This document shows, in pieces, positions 32,409 to 44,600 of a stretch of 64,000 nucleotides of DNA. The position numbers and the translations under genes are program-made. The notes beneath the pieces were generated by a model. It was not told where the DNA came from, searched no databases, and was given only the letters and a program-made list of their open reading frames with translations. The stretch is from contig CM120641.1 in assembly GCA_051362555.1 (NCBI GenBank), positions 39,066,401 through 39,130,400 of the forward strand, in the 5' to 3' direction. The DNA comes from Lingula anatina (Eukaryota; Animalia; Brachiopoda). How positions within the stretch are numbered: position 1 is the stretch's first letter; each line of letters starts with the position of its first letter.

Positions 32409-33372
32409 CAGGCCTTCCCAACTACCAGACTCGGCACCTACGGGTCCAGTATAAACCGGTTTATCAGACCACACTACCCGTTTTCAAGGTGTGTGTCAGA
32501 TCGCATTACAGAGTATCAGCCACCACACCGATTTTGCCTGGTGCGCGATGTGATAGCAATGATCCTAAGCGGGGTTGGAAAGTAGTGCATCTCATCTAGA
32601 TTCATGCGCTGCTGCAATTTTCTGTTTATGCTAAAATCTGACAGTACCGCAATTTTTAACATAAAATTTAGGTTCGGACATAGCCAATGATGTTTTGTAA
32701 ATAAGAACTTGCAAACTTATATATATTAATTTAGAAAAGTAGACCTAATTTTGATAGCGGAAGCATATTCTGTCGGGGGTTAAATATTTTCATGACTACC
32801 GGGATGGACGAGATTGAGGGCAGGGGTAATCCTAGAGAGGGGTGAGAAACGTCCATTGTTCTCGTCAGCGAGGCTGTCCTTTTTCAGGGTTTGTACGCAC
32901 GGACAGAAAACTTAAGTATTGTGGGAACGTTACTAATGAAGCCACTGGTAGTACTAGTAGATATCAGCCTGTAGTCTTGAACAAGCGCCTCGATGACGAG
33001 TGAACAGTTGTCAAAAACAAAAGACCGAGGTGTGGTAGTTCAACTACTGTTCATGCGTGCCGCAACGACCAAACCTAATTGCTCCTCAAGGTCACAAAAC
33101 AATAACCTGTACTGACGGCTAGGCTTGTCTTAATCATATAAGTCGCGCGTTTCCACCCCCTGATTGAGGGATTCGTCTGTTGTTTTCATACGACTCCTAC
33201 TTGACGCAAACGAGGCGCGATACCCGGATGACAGGTAGGCTTACAGAATTTGTGATAGGGTATGATACTCTTTTATGCGATCTGACACACACCTTGAAAA
33301 CGGGTAGTGTGGTCAGATATACCGGTTTATTCTGGACCCGTAGGTGCCGAGTCTGGTAGTTGGGAAAGCCTG
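32409..33372. mobile_element. 964-bp non-autonomous DNA transposon with long TIRs and 5-bp TSD
   Basis: About 110-bp near-perfect TIRs beginning CAGGC(C/T)TTCCCAACTACCAGACTCGGCACCTACGGGTCCAG; TSD ATGTT at 32404-32408 and 33373-33377. Confidence 0.9.
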
Positions 33373-33548
33373 ATGTTGAACTTACACTCCATGGGTTTAA
33401 AAATCCCAAACTGGTTAGTTTTTGCCATCCACAGCTTCTTATAAAACCCTACATACACCTTTAAAACGATTCAAGAATTTATAGAAATAATTTTTTCTGG
33501 AGTGTACCTGATGTTGAAATCTGCAAAGGACCTTCCCTTACGAAAATT

Positions 33549-34165
33549 TCCTATAGGATCCTATAGGATTCCTATAGGATCCTATAGGATCCTATAGGAA
33601 ATCTTATAGGATCCTATAGGGCACATTTCCTATAGGATTTCCTATAGGATCCTATAGGAAATTGTTGTAAGTTAAAATCTTGAGAAAAATGCATATTTTA
33701 TAAACATATATCATTCTAAACAATAGATATTTGATATAGGTCCATTTTATCAGTTGAATTGTCAATTATATATCACTATTAAAGCAAAAATGCTTTTTAT
33801 TGTTTATAATGCACAATCTTATAGTCTTCTATAGGATTCTATAGAAATTCTGTAATTTTTTTTTTAAAGAATTTTTGAAAAAAATTGATCATTTTAAAGT
33901 AATCTTTTATGGAGAAATATTTTATCATTAGGAATGTTTTTGTACCAAATCACTGAAGCTGATTTTTTTTTTATTTATGTTCAGACCATTACAAAAATTC
34001 CTATAGGATCCTATAGGATTTCCTATAGGATCTTATAGGATTTCCTATAGGATCCTATAAGATTTCCTATAGGATCCTATAGGATTTCCTATAGGATCCT
34101 ATAAGATTTCCTATAGGATCCTATAGGAAATCTTATAGGAATTTCTATAGGAACCTATAAGAAAT
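33549..34165. repeat. Left arrays of 10-12 bp palindromic CCTATAGG(AT/AAAT/ATTT) units
   Basis: Directly visible tandem units at about 33549-33661 and 34000-34165. Confidence 0.9.
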
Positions 34166-34854
34166 CCAAGGCTAATTCATATAGGGAATTTTTATAAGGC
34201 CGAAATAATGAATCTGGTTTAAATATCAGTATATGATTTTGATTTTAAATTTATTTTCAGACCATTACAAAAATTCCTATTGGATCCTATAGGAAATCTT
34301 ATAGGAATTCCTATAGGAAATCCTATGCCAATTCATATAGGGAATTTTTGTAAGGCCAGGTTGAATGAAAAATAATGAATCTGGTTTAATTATCAGTATA
34401 TGATTTTGATTTTTAATTTATGTTCAGACCATCAAAATTTACTATACGATGCTATAGGAAATCTTATAGGAATTTCTATAGGAACCTATATATAGGAAAT
34501 CCTATGTTAATCCATATTAATTGTGAATTTTTATAAGGCCAGGTTGAATGAAAAATAATGAAACTGGTCTAAATATCAGTATATAATGTATTTTTACTTT
34601 TTGTGTGATCATATTCACTTCATATTTCATATTTATTGAAAGTCAACCTGATCTAATCAGACTGTACTTGACCTTGGCTGTTTTAAAAAGTGAAAGTGCA
34701 ATCCTGCCTAATATATAAAATACTGTATAATGTAAAAGTAAGTGAACATTAAGGGTATAGTACTGTCCCTCATAAAGGATGGGGAACAAGGACAAATTAA
34801 TGATTATAAAGATAAATTTTATGCTCAATCACTTGTAAGATTTAACAGTCAACT

Positions 34855-35021
34855 CAGGCCCGTAGCCAGGGGGGTTTGGGGGGTTCGAAAGAACCGCCCC
34901 TTTTGCTGGAAAAAGGTCCACTCTGGGTAAAATTTGATCTAGGTACATGAAGTTTTTATGGGAAAAGGTCCACTTTTTCAGAAAAAGAACCCCCCTTTTG
35001 AAATTGCTGGCTACGGGCCTG
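34855..35021. mobile_element. 167-bp MITE, hAT-like termini with 5-bp TSD, nested in the CMC-like element
   Basis: 15-bp perfect TIR CAGGCCCGTAGCCAG / CTGGCTACGGGCCTG; TSD CAACT at 34850-34854 and 35022-35026. Confidence 0.88.
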
Positions 35022-36375
35022 CAACTGATGTTAGCTAGAGAATGCCCTACTCCACCAACCATAACCATAGATTCAACAACTGTGAATTTCTTTTGTTAGC
35101 CTGGCACCTATTATTAGGTCACTACTCCTGTAGCTATTGTTACACTAGTAACAGTAACCGCCTGTTAGGTGTTATCAGATGTGTGGTATCCTGTCTAAGT
35201 CTTTGTTTATATGCGGCAAAGCAGCAAATGAGTATACAGCTATCAAGCCAGTTTAAATTCAGGAGCATAGTGGATGGGTACAGAGTGTAGAAAATTCAGA
35301 TTGAGGAAGGTATGTATTACAGTAATGCATTGGATCATTTGGGCATCTAATCAAATTGAAAATGAGATAATTGATCTAATTTGTAGTGTACCTTGTAAAC
35401 ATCATATCTATATTACATTAAACAAGTTATAATTTATAAAGTATAGCTTCCCTTTTAGCCAACAAAGAAATACTGTTTATTCTCTTTATTTCTTATAAAA
35501 CTGTGATCAATTGCTCATCAAAATATTTCTATAAATAGAGTTGAATCTAAAAAAAATTACATTTCATTCAACTTTTGGTTTGTGATTTATTAAAAATTAT
35601 CTATTAATGTTATCCACAACTGCCTCTAAGGAACCATCATGATATATAACTGAGAAAGACCTATGCTAATAAATAAAATACAATTTACATGTTAGAGAGG
35701 CTGTCAGGGCAAATTTCATTACCTCACATGTTCTTCAGGATCGTTTATTTGCCAGGTTTTCTTTTCCTTTAATTTCTTTTCAACCCTAAATGTGAGGTAA
35801 ACACCATAGTTTGTTTTAAAATATTTTTTGCTTACCTATACATATTGGAAATGAAATGTGCATTGTGAAAATCTGACCATTTTGCTTACACGGAAGCTAT
35901 AAATTTTAACTTGGGGGTTGCTTTTTTTTGTGGTTTGGAATGATGATTTAAGTCAAGCAAAGACTGGTCAGAATATAGGGAATTACTGTTTACCCTCGGA
36001 AATTAGTTTTCCATGAATTTTTGAGACTTTTTTTGGCCCTGACAGCTTTGTAATGGCCCAATTGCATATTTAACCAGAGTAGAGTTTTCTCCACTGCTGA
36101 TTTCTGCATTTTAAAATTCGTTTCTGATTGTTCCTGTGGGCTTGGTTCTATGAAATATGTTCAAGTTCTCAAAAATTTTTTTTTTTACAAATTATCGAGC
36201 TTTAATACCTTGTCTTTGAAAAAAAAAAAACAGTTAACCAATAAAGGCTATGAATTGCTCAAAATAAAATTGGTGCAATGATTATTATTGATCTCATTAG
36301 AAAATTTTTCCTTCATCATTTTGCATTTTTGTAGACATGTACAATTAATTGAAATTCACAATGTCTTTCTTTCAG

Positions 36376-36620
36376 AAAGTGTCTGCAAATAGTTCAACAC
36401 AACTTAGACGGAGTTTAAGAAGACTATCACAGTAAAGTTGAACAATGTGCAAAAGACTTTTGTCTGAAATTCTTCAATTATGAAGTGACTAAAGCAGTAT
36501 GCTGACAATGTACACAATCTGGCCAAGGGAGGTTTTAGCCACTCATTCTGGCAGGAGTTCGAACGCGCACAAGAAAAAGACAGTGACGCCACAGCTTGAC
36601 AAGACATATTGGATCCTTGT
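36376..36620 (+). pseudogene. Decayed BEN-domain-like exon inside the CMC-like element
   Basis: After acceptor ttcttttcag-like site at 36375: TKAV(C)...MYTIWPREVLATHSGRSSNAHKKKTVTPQLD, resembling the BEN core pattern (F/W)xxExLAxxSxxGxxS...KxxLD. In-frame stops and a probable frameshift lie upstream. Confidence 0.55.
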
Positions 36621-36879
36621 GATAACTTATAGAACTTATAATTCAAACGCAGGAGCAGCATCGTTAAATTTGCAAAAATCTATGAAACAATTCTCTAGTA
36701 AGCTGGTTGCATACCATACTGTGGAATATGTACATTAAAATTTTTTTTATATATTGAATAAAGAATGTAAACATGATACTCTCTTTTGTTTTGAGGGACC
36801 AGTGCCTATAACCAATTTTGCCAAAGTTCCAACAATATATAAAAAGCTGTAAAAATATTCAAAGCAGTTAATATAAATT

Positions 36880-37180
36880 TCTATAGGTTCCTATAAGATT
36901 TCCTATAGGATCCTATAGGATTTCCTATAGGATTTCCTATAGGATCCTATAAGATTTCCTATAGGATTTCCTATAGGATCCTATAAGATTTCCTATAGGA
37001 TCCTATAGGAAATCCTATAGGATCCTATAGGAAATCCTATAGGATCCTATAGGAAAAAGGGACAATTTCCTATAGGATCCTATAGGAATTCCTATAGGAT
37101 CCTATAGGAAATCCTATAGGAAATCTTATAGGATCCTATAGGATTTCCTATAGGATATCCTATAGGAAATCCTATAGGAA
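36880..37180. repeat. Right array of palindromic CCTATAGG units
   Basis: About 300 bp of tandem cctataggat / cctataggaaat / cctataagattt units. Confidence 0.9.
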
Positions 37181-37923
37181 ATTTTCGTAAGGGTTACAGG
37201 AAGATGGTCGCTGGTTATAATGACTGGCCAGGTCAAAACCCTAGTGCAGATCAAGAGAGAAATAGATCAATGATTCGTGCCCTTTAAGTAAAAGGAAGCA
37301 AATATTATTGTCTCGCGAAGGCATTATATTGTTCCATATAACCATAACTGTCTCAGATATTACAATAACAAATAATGAGAAAATGAGCAAATATTAAACA
37401 AAATAGGCCTTTCCATTTTATTTTATTTATTTATTTATTTATTTGTTATTATTATTATTATTAGCGTTATGGTGAGGTGAAACAATTATATCTAATCTTA
37501 AAATTCTTGAATAACTACAGATTTGCCGTCGTACATGTAATTGTGGTAGGTGAGATATTGAACAGTTTAATAGTATTATCTAAAACTCCCTGCACACCAT
37601 GTACATCAAATCTCAGGTGTGTCTCAAACTTATCAGAAGACTTGTCAAGGCTTTGGTTAAATAATGACCGTTGCTGTTATTCTTGCGGGCAATGTCAACT
37701 TTAATCCAAACTTTCATGCTGTATTTTAGCGGCGATTTAGGTGATTATAAAATCGTATTAGTAAGTATTAGTAGTTCATTTTGATCAAAATTTGATTAAA
37801 AAATCACTGTTACTGAAGTGTACTGACTTCCGACATGACACAGTATTTGATATTAACAAGGACAATGGCTAGACAAACCTTGAAATGGCAGATACGATAC
37901 TGTTTACAATTCGGCAAAACCCA

Positions 37924-37950
37924 GGAAATCCCCCGGAATGGGAAATTCCC
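37924..37950. promoter_or_regulatory. Tandem NF-kB (kB) sites at the IKK 5' end
   Basis: GGGGATTTCC on the minus strand (37924-37933) and GGGAAATTCC(C) on the plus strand (37940-37950), both fitting GGGRNWYYCC, immediately followed by a GTAAGT donor at 37956. Confidence 0.6.
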
Positions 37951-38679
37951 GCGAAGTAAGTTGTTTCACTGTTTAACGCGCGTAAATATTTGAACCGGTG
38001 AGATATATCGCAAGGGTAATATATGAAATATCTACATTAACATGATAAAAATGCTGCATGAGATATACGAATGTTGTTATTCATATCCCTTTTGAGCATT
38101 GAAAGGCTTATGTAGTATTTTACGTGTTGAGATAAAGGTTTGTGTTCAATAAGACATCTTGCGTTATATTAGATCCTGGTTACAACATCCGGCCAAACAA
38201 CAAGTTTCGCTTTGAAGAGAGACACGAAATCAGTGAAAAGGTATGTTTATTCTTTGAACCTTACGTGTTTACTGGATATAATGATAGAGAAACTTGTTTA
38301 AGAACAAAAGGAAAGCACTTTTTGTTAATAGGTGCTTTCATATATTCTGTTAAACGCTCTGAATTCACGAAATCAACGTTTCCTGATTATGATGGATGAT
38401 TGATAAGCAATGTGAAGGATGCTCCAAAATTCAAAATTATCTCACAATAATTAAGACCGAGAGCGAAAAGAATTTACTACCTAGGCTTCCCAGGACATCC
38501 GATTTAACGTCTGAATTATGATAAGCAGTTTACTACTATTAATGTCAGCTGAAGTACTGCAGTAATTTTTTTCAAAAATAGACTGACTTCCTCCTTATGT
38601 GACAAAATAAAAAGCAAGCGCGAGACTGATGAAAGCATATTTTGAAAAAAAAAATGCAATTTATATTCTTTTCTTTTAG

Positions 38680-41600
38680 ATGACTGAAAATGGTGTGAAA
38701 CCAGGGACGAGAGTGAAAAGAGGGTCATGGATAGAAGAGAGAACTCTTGGTTCTGGTGGTTTTGGAACAGTAGTCTTATGGAGGAATGAGGTAATACAGC
38801 TTGTTCATTATGATGTAAACCTGTTTTGGGACATGGATTTGTCTAATTAATCTTTTAGAATTAGCACCTCAAAAACCAACTTAATCATCTTCTTGTTAGA
38901 GTATTAATGCTCTTCTGTCACGATCTGCAAAATTACTCACATGAAATATTTTGATGGACCATTGGCCATATTCATCAGTTTGTGATTGACACAGGTACTA
39001 CCTGCACCACTGTAGCGCTGTGTCACATATTGAGAGTGTGGGGCATTCCCCACCTCTTGATTAATACATAATTACCTGTTACCTTACCTGTTAAAGGACA
39101 GTGGAGATGCAGTTGCTATCAAGCGCTGTAGGCTACAGAGTGAGATGACACCAAAACATCGCCACAGATGGGAACTGGAAGTGGATATAATGAAACGTCT
39201 TGATCATCCGAATGTTATCCGGGCTCTAGAAGTGCCACCACCACTAGATGTGGGACCTAATGAGATCCCACTGCTTGCTATGGAGTACTGCTCAGGAGGA
39301 GATTTAAGAAAGGTATGTTGTATACCCATATCTTACTGATTGCTGTGTTATTATTCTCATCTTGACATCAATAATTTCTAATGCAGATAAGATTTAAAAT
39401 CATCCTTTATAATTAAAAAAAAGCTTCCAGATACCCAGGATATAGGCTGGCATCACAGCCGAGGGCAGTGAAAGTAATAATGGTTATAGAAGAATCTGAA
39501 AATTATGGTTTTGTCCATAAGGAGATTTTACTGATGAATTATGTAAGAACTTATAAGAGAGAGAGTCAACTATAGGGAAAGAGTTAATTTCCTTACTCTT
39601 AAAATATATTTTTTTTGTTGAAAAGTTACATCACCTTGTGCTTAGCTTCACAAGTTAAGATGAGGGAGGAAGCTGGTTTTGTTGCTCAGACTCTATCTTT
39701 TGACATGTCTGCACATCTTTTTATGTATGACTGAAATATTGCAGGTCCTGAATAACCCAGAAAACTGCTGTGGCCTGAAAGAAAACCAAATCAGAAATTT
39801 ACTCCGTGATATTGCATCTGCTATAGAGTACCTACATTCCAAGAGGGTCATTCACAGAGACTTGAAGCCAGAAAACATTGTACTACAGATTGAGGACAAC
39901 AAAGTAAAGTGACATTTGTCATCAGTTTCTAGTGCAAATTGTAAAGTCATTGTTAATTGTGTATGTGCAAGGGTAAAATAGTTCAATACTATTTTTGTTT
40001 TGAGACAGTCATGTTAAATTAAAATCAACCTTATAATTCATGCACAAATCATTTGACTTAGATTATATACAAGCTGATTGACCTGGGCTATGCCAAGGAA
40101 CTTGATCAGGGCAGTGTATGTACATCATTTGTTGGAACACTACAGTATTTGGTGAGTGTGCAATTCAGTTGAACATAATGTTACAATATATATCTCAGTA
40201 TGTATGGTGATTTCTCTGCTGTTGGAATAGGATTGTAAACAAAACTTTTTTTTCTTCTTATTTTTACATAGTTGTCACATCCTAAACACAGTCCTGTAAT
40301 TCTATTTTCACGCCATTTTTTTGCATCTATAAGAATTAATTGATGTGGATTTCAGGCCCCAGAATTATTTGCCAGCCAGAAGTATTCCAGTTCTGTAGAT
40401 TACTGGTCATTTGGTGTAGTGGTGTTTGAGTGTATTACAGGCTTCAGACCATTCCTTCCCACCCTACCTCCAATACAATGGTATGGGTACAAATATGCAT
40501 GCATGCGCTAGTGGAAAAGTAAAAATGAATGCCTTGGACATTTTGTGAGATGTTTTCTTTGTACATTTGATCGTTTCAGTACATGAAGTAACATATCTGA
40601 ATTGACTCAGTTTCTTATTTTGGGTTTGAGTAGCATTACTGTTGAATGATAGGGCATTCATATTCATATTAATCATGTCTAGATGTTACATACTTAAAAA
40701 ACTGTTTTTTACAAAAAAATGTTCAACAATTAAAAAGGGTGATTTTTTGTAATTTTAGAAAGTTGGAAGTAGTGAGGGTAGTTCTTTATATGGGGATTGA
40801 AAAAACTTCTTACCCTACTAATGGTTTTCCTTCGTAGGCATGGGGAAATTCAGAAAAAGACCAACGAACACATATGCGCTTTCTTCACAGCAGCCGGCAC
40901 TGTTGAGTTTTCAAAGAAAATACCAGCTCCAAATCATTTGTGCAGGTAATTTTTTTAAATAGTGATTATGTCAAGCTGTTGGTATCCCCAAGGCAGTACA
41001 TCATGACAGGCATGTTTTCTGATATCATGAAATTATTATTCTCAAGTTGTTTTAACTAGTACCATAGAATGAAATACTGTGCAAAGCTACAAAAGAAGTT
41101 GTTTTCTTTTTCATGTAAGAAGAGTAGATAACACCTAAACTTTTTTATATGAAATAATCAATTTTTTTCAGTAAATACTTCCTTCAAAAAGACAAAAAGC
41201 GATATATCCTTATATATAAGATTTTTATATACGGTAATGTGCCAAGCATTTCGACGGGCCCAGTCAATCCGACCACAAAAATTATTTTATAAAATTAATT
41301 TTTCTTGGCTCAAACAATTAGTCCATACGTCAAAATCATGGGACAGAATTTTTTTCTTGTTCCGATTGTTCGACCACATCGTCGACAAGACTCGGTAAAT
41401 TTTCAAGCCAGTGAAATAGCTGCTGCATGCCTCGGCCCTTTGTCAATTGTTGTCTTTTCAATAGCTCTCCTCAATGAGGAAGAAACAATTAATTGAAGAT
41501 CTAATCTGGAAGCATGACGTACCTATCTTTTCCTTTGTCCCCGATGACAATAATAGTGCTTATAGACATACAAATTTTGCTATTAAGCAGACTTGCCCTC

Positions 41601-44600
41601 GCTGACTGATACATCACGCCCGTAACTGGGGAGGGGGGGGGTTTAAAAAAAGGTCTATTCTGGATGAAACCAAATATCGACAGTGGGTAGAATACAACGT
41701 AAACACCTTCATATAGACCATATATCGCGTTTGCTAGCAATAAAAAGTTTGGGAAGAATAAGCAATTTATTTTCAAGTTCAATTGAAATATATATGCAGA
41801 TGGGGAAACGTTCTTCAAGTCAACACCGCATTTACTACAATCGACCGAAAGATCAGCGGGATCGACCGCCCAGACTTCTTGGCGCCAAATACCACGCACT
41901 GTCAAAATCTGACGAACACGTGTCGCTGTTCACCTACATGGATAACTGATTTGTCAACAATAAAAATGACGTCTTCCTTAACTCCATGAGAGCTTCATAG
42001 AGAGTCCCACTGGGTATTTACGTTACCTGTGAGTCACTTTCTATTTCCCCAGATGCATGAAATGTTGATAATATTTAGCGTAATCCACGACGAACTCCAT
42101 TCCTGTGACCCCCTCCCCCAAAATGGGACCGTCTTCATTAACATGTGGTTTGCACTATGCTGGAGCAGACCAGATACAACCAGTCTCTCATTTCTGCATG
42201 TGCTCAATTCTCACGTCAAATTATTAATGCACCTGTTTTGTGAAAATTATGGCAAGTAAATGTTTTTTACGTTCGGGTTGTATCAGTGGGGTTTTCAATA
42301 TGCACCGTGGTTTGTGCACAGCGAGAGCATATAAGTAAGAAAATAGGAAGAATGCCAGCAAAATACTGTATGTCTATCGGCACAGGTACGCTCCGTATTT
42401 TGCCTTTTCTCAATATGTTTTTATATGACATGCTTTTGAAATAAAATACTTAATAGTAATTTGAAGTTACACTGATTTCCGTTTGAGTACCAGTTGGTAT
42501 TCTTTGATACGGGTGATTGAATTTTCTTCGGACGTACGTACGTCTACGCCTCGACGCTGAGCAAGCCTTGCGGGTTGAAAACAACTGATCTCAGACTGGT
42601 AAAAAATTTCAATTCGGTTGATTTCAGTTGTCATATTAAAATTCAAATAGGGCGTACGTAGATCACATAACTAGTTTAAGTCCACTAAAGCTACCGGTTT
42701 CAAATATAAGTGACCGGCCTTTGTTTACAACACCTGTCTCCGGGGAAATACTCGTCCCACTTGTGAAGCGCATCATGAAAGTGATCGTAGGTGAGGGAAA
42801 TATATAATTAAAAATTATAATTGTCGTCTTTTTTAATGTTAAGTAATGTTAGCACATACTGTAAACAGCAAAATAAGATTTCAGGAGGATAAAACATGCC
42901 TGAAACACATGTTAGGCGAAAATTGCGGCTTATCTTGCGTAACACTTCCGGTAAAATGCAATACTTCCGGTAAGATGGACGTTTTGGCAGATGCCCCTAA
43001 CAATCCGACGATATCAAAGGTTTCCATTTGCTGTATTTTAATCAATTCGACCAAACTGACATTTCCATGAAATTAATTAATTAATCTTGGTCGAATTGTT
43101 TGGCATATTACCGTAACATTTGTTTACCAGTAATTGTCATAACAAAAATGGATTATGATTACCATGTTCCTTTCAGGACAACACAGCTCTATATTGAACA
43201 GTTTCTAAGAGTAATATTGATATGGGACCCAAAGAACAGAGGAGGAGGAATAGAAAAAGAATCCAAAAGGCCCAAATGTTTTGTTTTGTTAGATAATATC
43301 TTCAAGATGAAAGTACGTATGTCTTAGAGCTTCAGTTGTATAAATGGTGTAGTTTCCAAATTAAAGTAACAATCTTGGTATTGTTCAAATGACAAAACAG
43401 TTTGCATTTAATTTGTATCACTATTCCTGTCATGTATAAACTTTGTTTCTTACTGATGTCATACGAAGTATTTCTGTTAAAAGTTGTGTGTAATTGACTT
43501 TTTTTCAGATAAAGAAGTTTTTGAAATGCACAGGCATATCACATGGCCAAATTTTAAGCATTTGAATATAGAAGATGTATAAAAGCTATTATAATATTAT
43601 CTTAATGTGATAATTTGTCTAAAGGACAATTTAGATATCTTCACAAAAAAAAAACAGACCAGCATTTTGACATCAACCTATTCAAACTGTTTTTCAGGTT
43701 ATTCATTTTTTGTGTGTGACAACCAATCAGTTGCTCTCCTACCCTGTGACAGAAAACCATAAACTTCTGGATGTGATGAATGTGATAGAACAAGAAACAA
43801 GAATCCCAGTTGCTGAACAAGAAATCCTGTTTGCCAGTGGAATAGTACCAGACATCAACCAACCTGCTGTGCAATGTTGGGATGAACAGGTAGTTTATAT
43901 TATAGAGAATTGAAGAAATATTAAATAATATATTTTTTTTTGCAGAAAAATGTATGATTGCTAATATATGTATTACATCTGACTACGCTGGAGGTATTGG
44001 ACAATTGAGCACACTCAGTTTCATTCCAAGAATATTTTGTGAAAATTAAACCACCACAGGTGCTGAAGAAGGTGTCTACTTATTGATGTTGTTGATCCAC
44101 TACTGTGTCATTAGATATGTTGCTGTTTTCCTTATCTTGAATTGTATTTTATTTGATTTCCTGTTATAAGCATGTGGAAATATTTTTATAAATTATCTAG
44201 GGTGAAGATGAGTCCATAGTGTTCTTATTTCACAAGAAAATAACAGATTTCAGTAACAGTAGTAGCAGTACCACAAGAAGGAAAGCCAAACCCATTCCAG
44301 ACCTGGTCCAAGTAATGATAGCTGAGCCAAAGACACTGATGCCATATCAGGTGAGAAGCCTATCACATTTACTGTCTTTGATATATGTCAAGGTTCAGTT
44401 AACCTGAAAACTTAAAACCAGCTCTTCAGATATTGTCAATTTTAATTAATATTAATAATTAGGATTTATTTCTCACACTGTGAAAATATTCCTGATTGAA
44501 TTTTTCTGACCACAATTTTTGGGATTCATAATTGCACCCTGTACATTTTTTTCTCTTCAGAGAGTTGTATTTCATATTTTTGGTGTTGTGATAGGTTTAA

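Larger units (their letters stand above)
33535..37193. mobile_element. CMC/EnSpm-like DNA transposon (decayed) with subterminal palindromic tandem arrays
   Basis: Perfect 25-bp TIRs CCCTTACGAAAATTTCCTATAGGAT at both ends, 2-bp TT TSD, arrays of TCCTATAGGA-type units near both ends, internal 170-280 bp direct repeats (units starting about 33982, 34257, 34424), and an internal BEN-like coding remnant. Confidence 0.8.

Noticed and set aside
33549-37180. CCTATAGG arrays as a CRISPR array or as SRF CArG boxes
   Set aside because: There are no unique spacers or cas genes and the context is eukaryotic; the unit is CC(W)4GG, not the CC(W)6GG CArG consensus.
37885-37955. ATG-initiated ORF upstream of IKK as an N-terminal extension
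   Set aside because: Splicing to 38680 gives an immediate TGA; at most a uORF, and the TSS is unknown.
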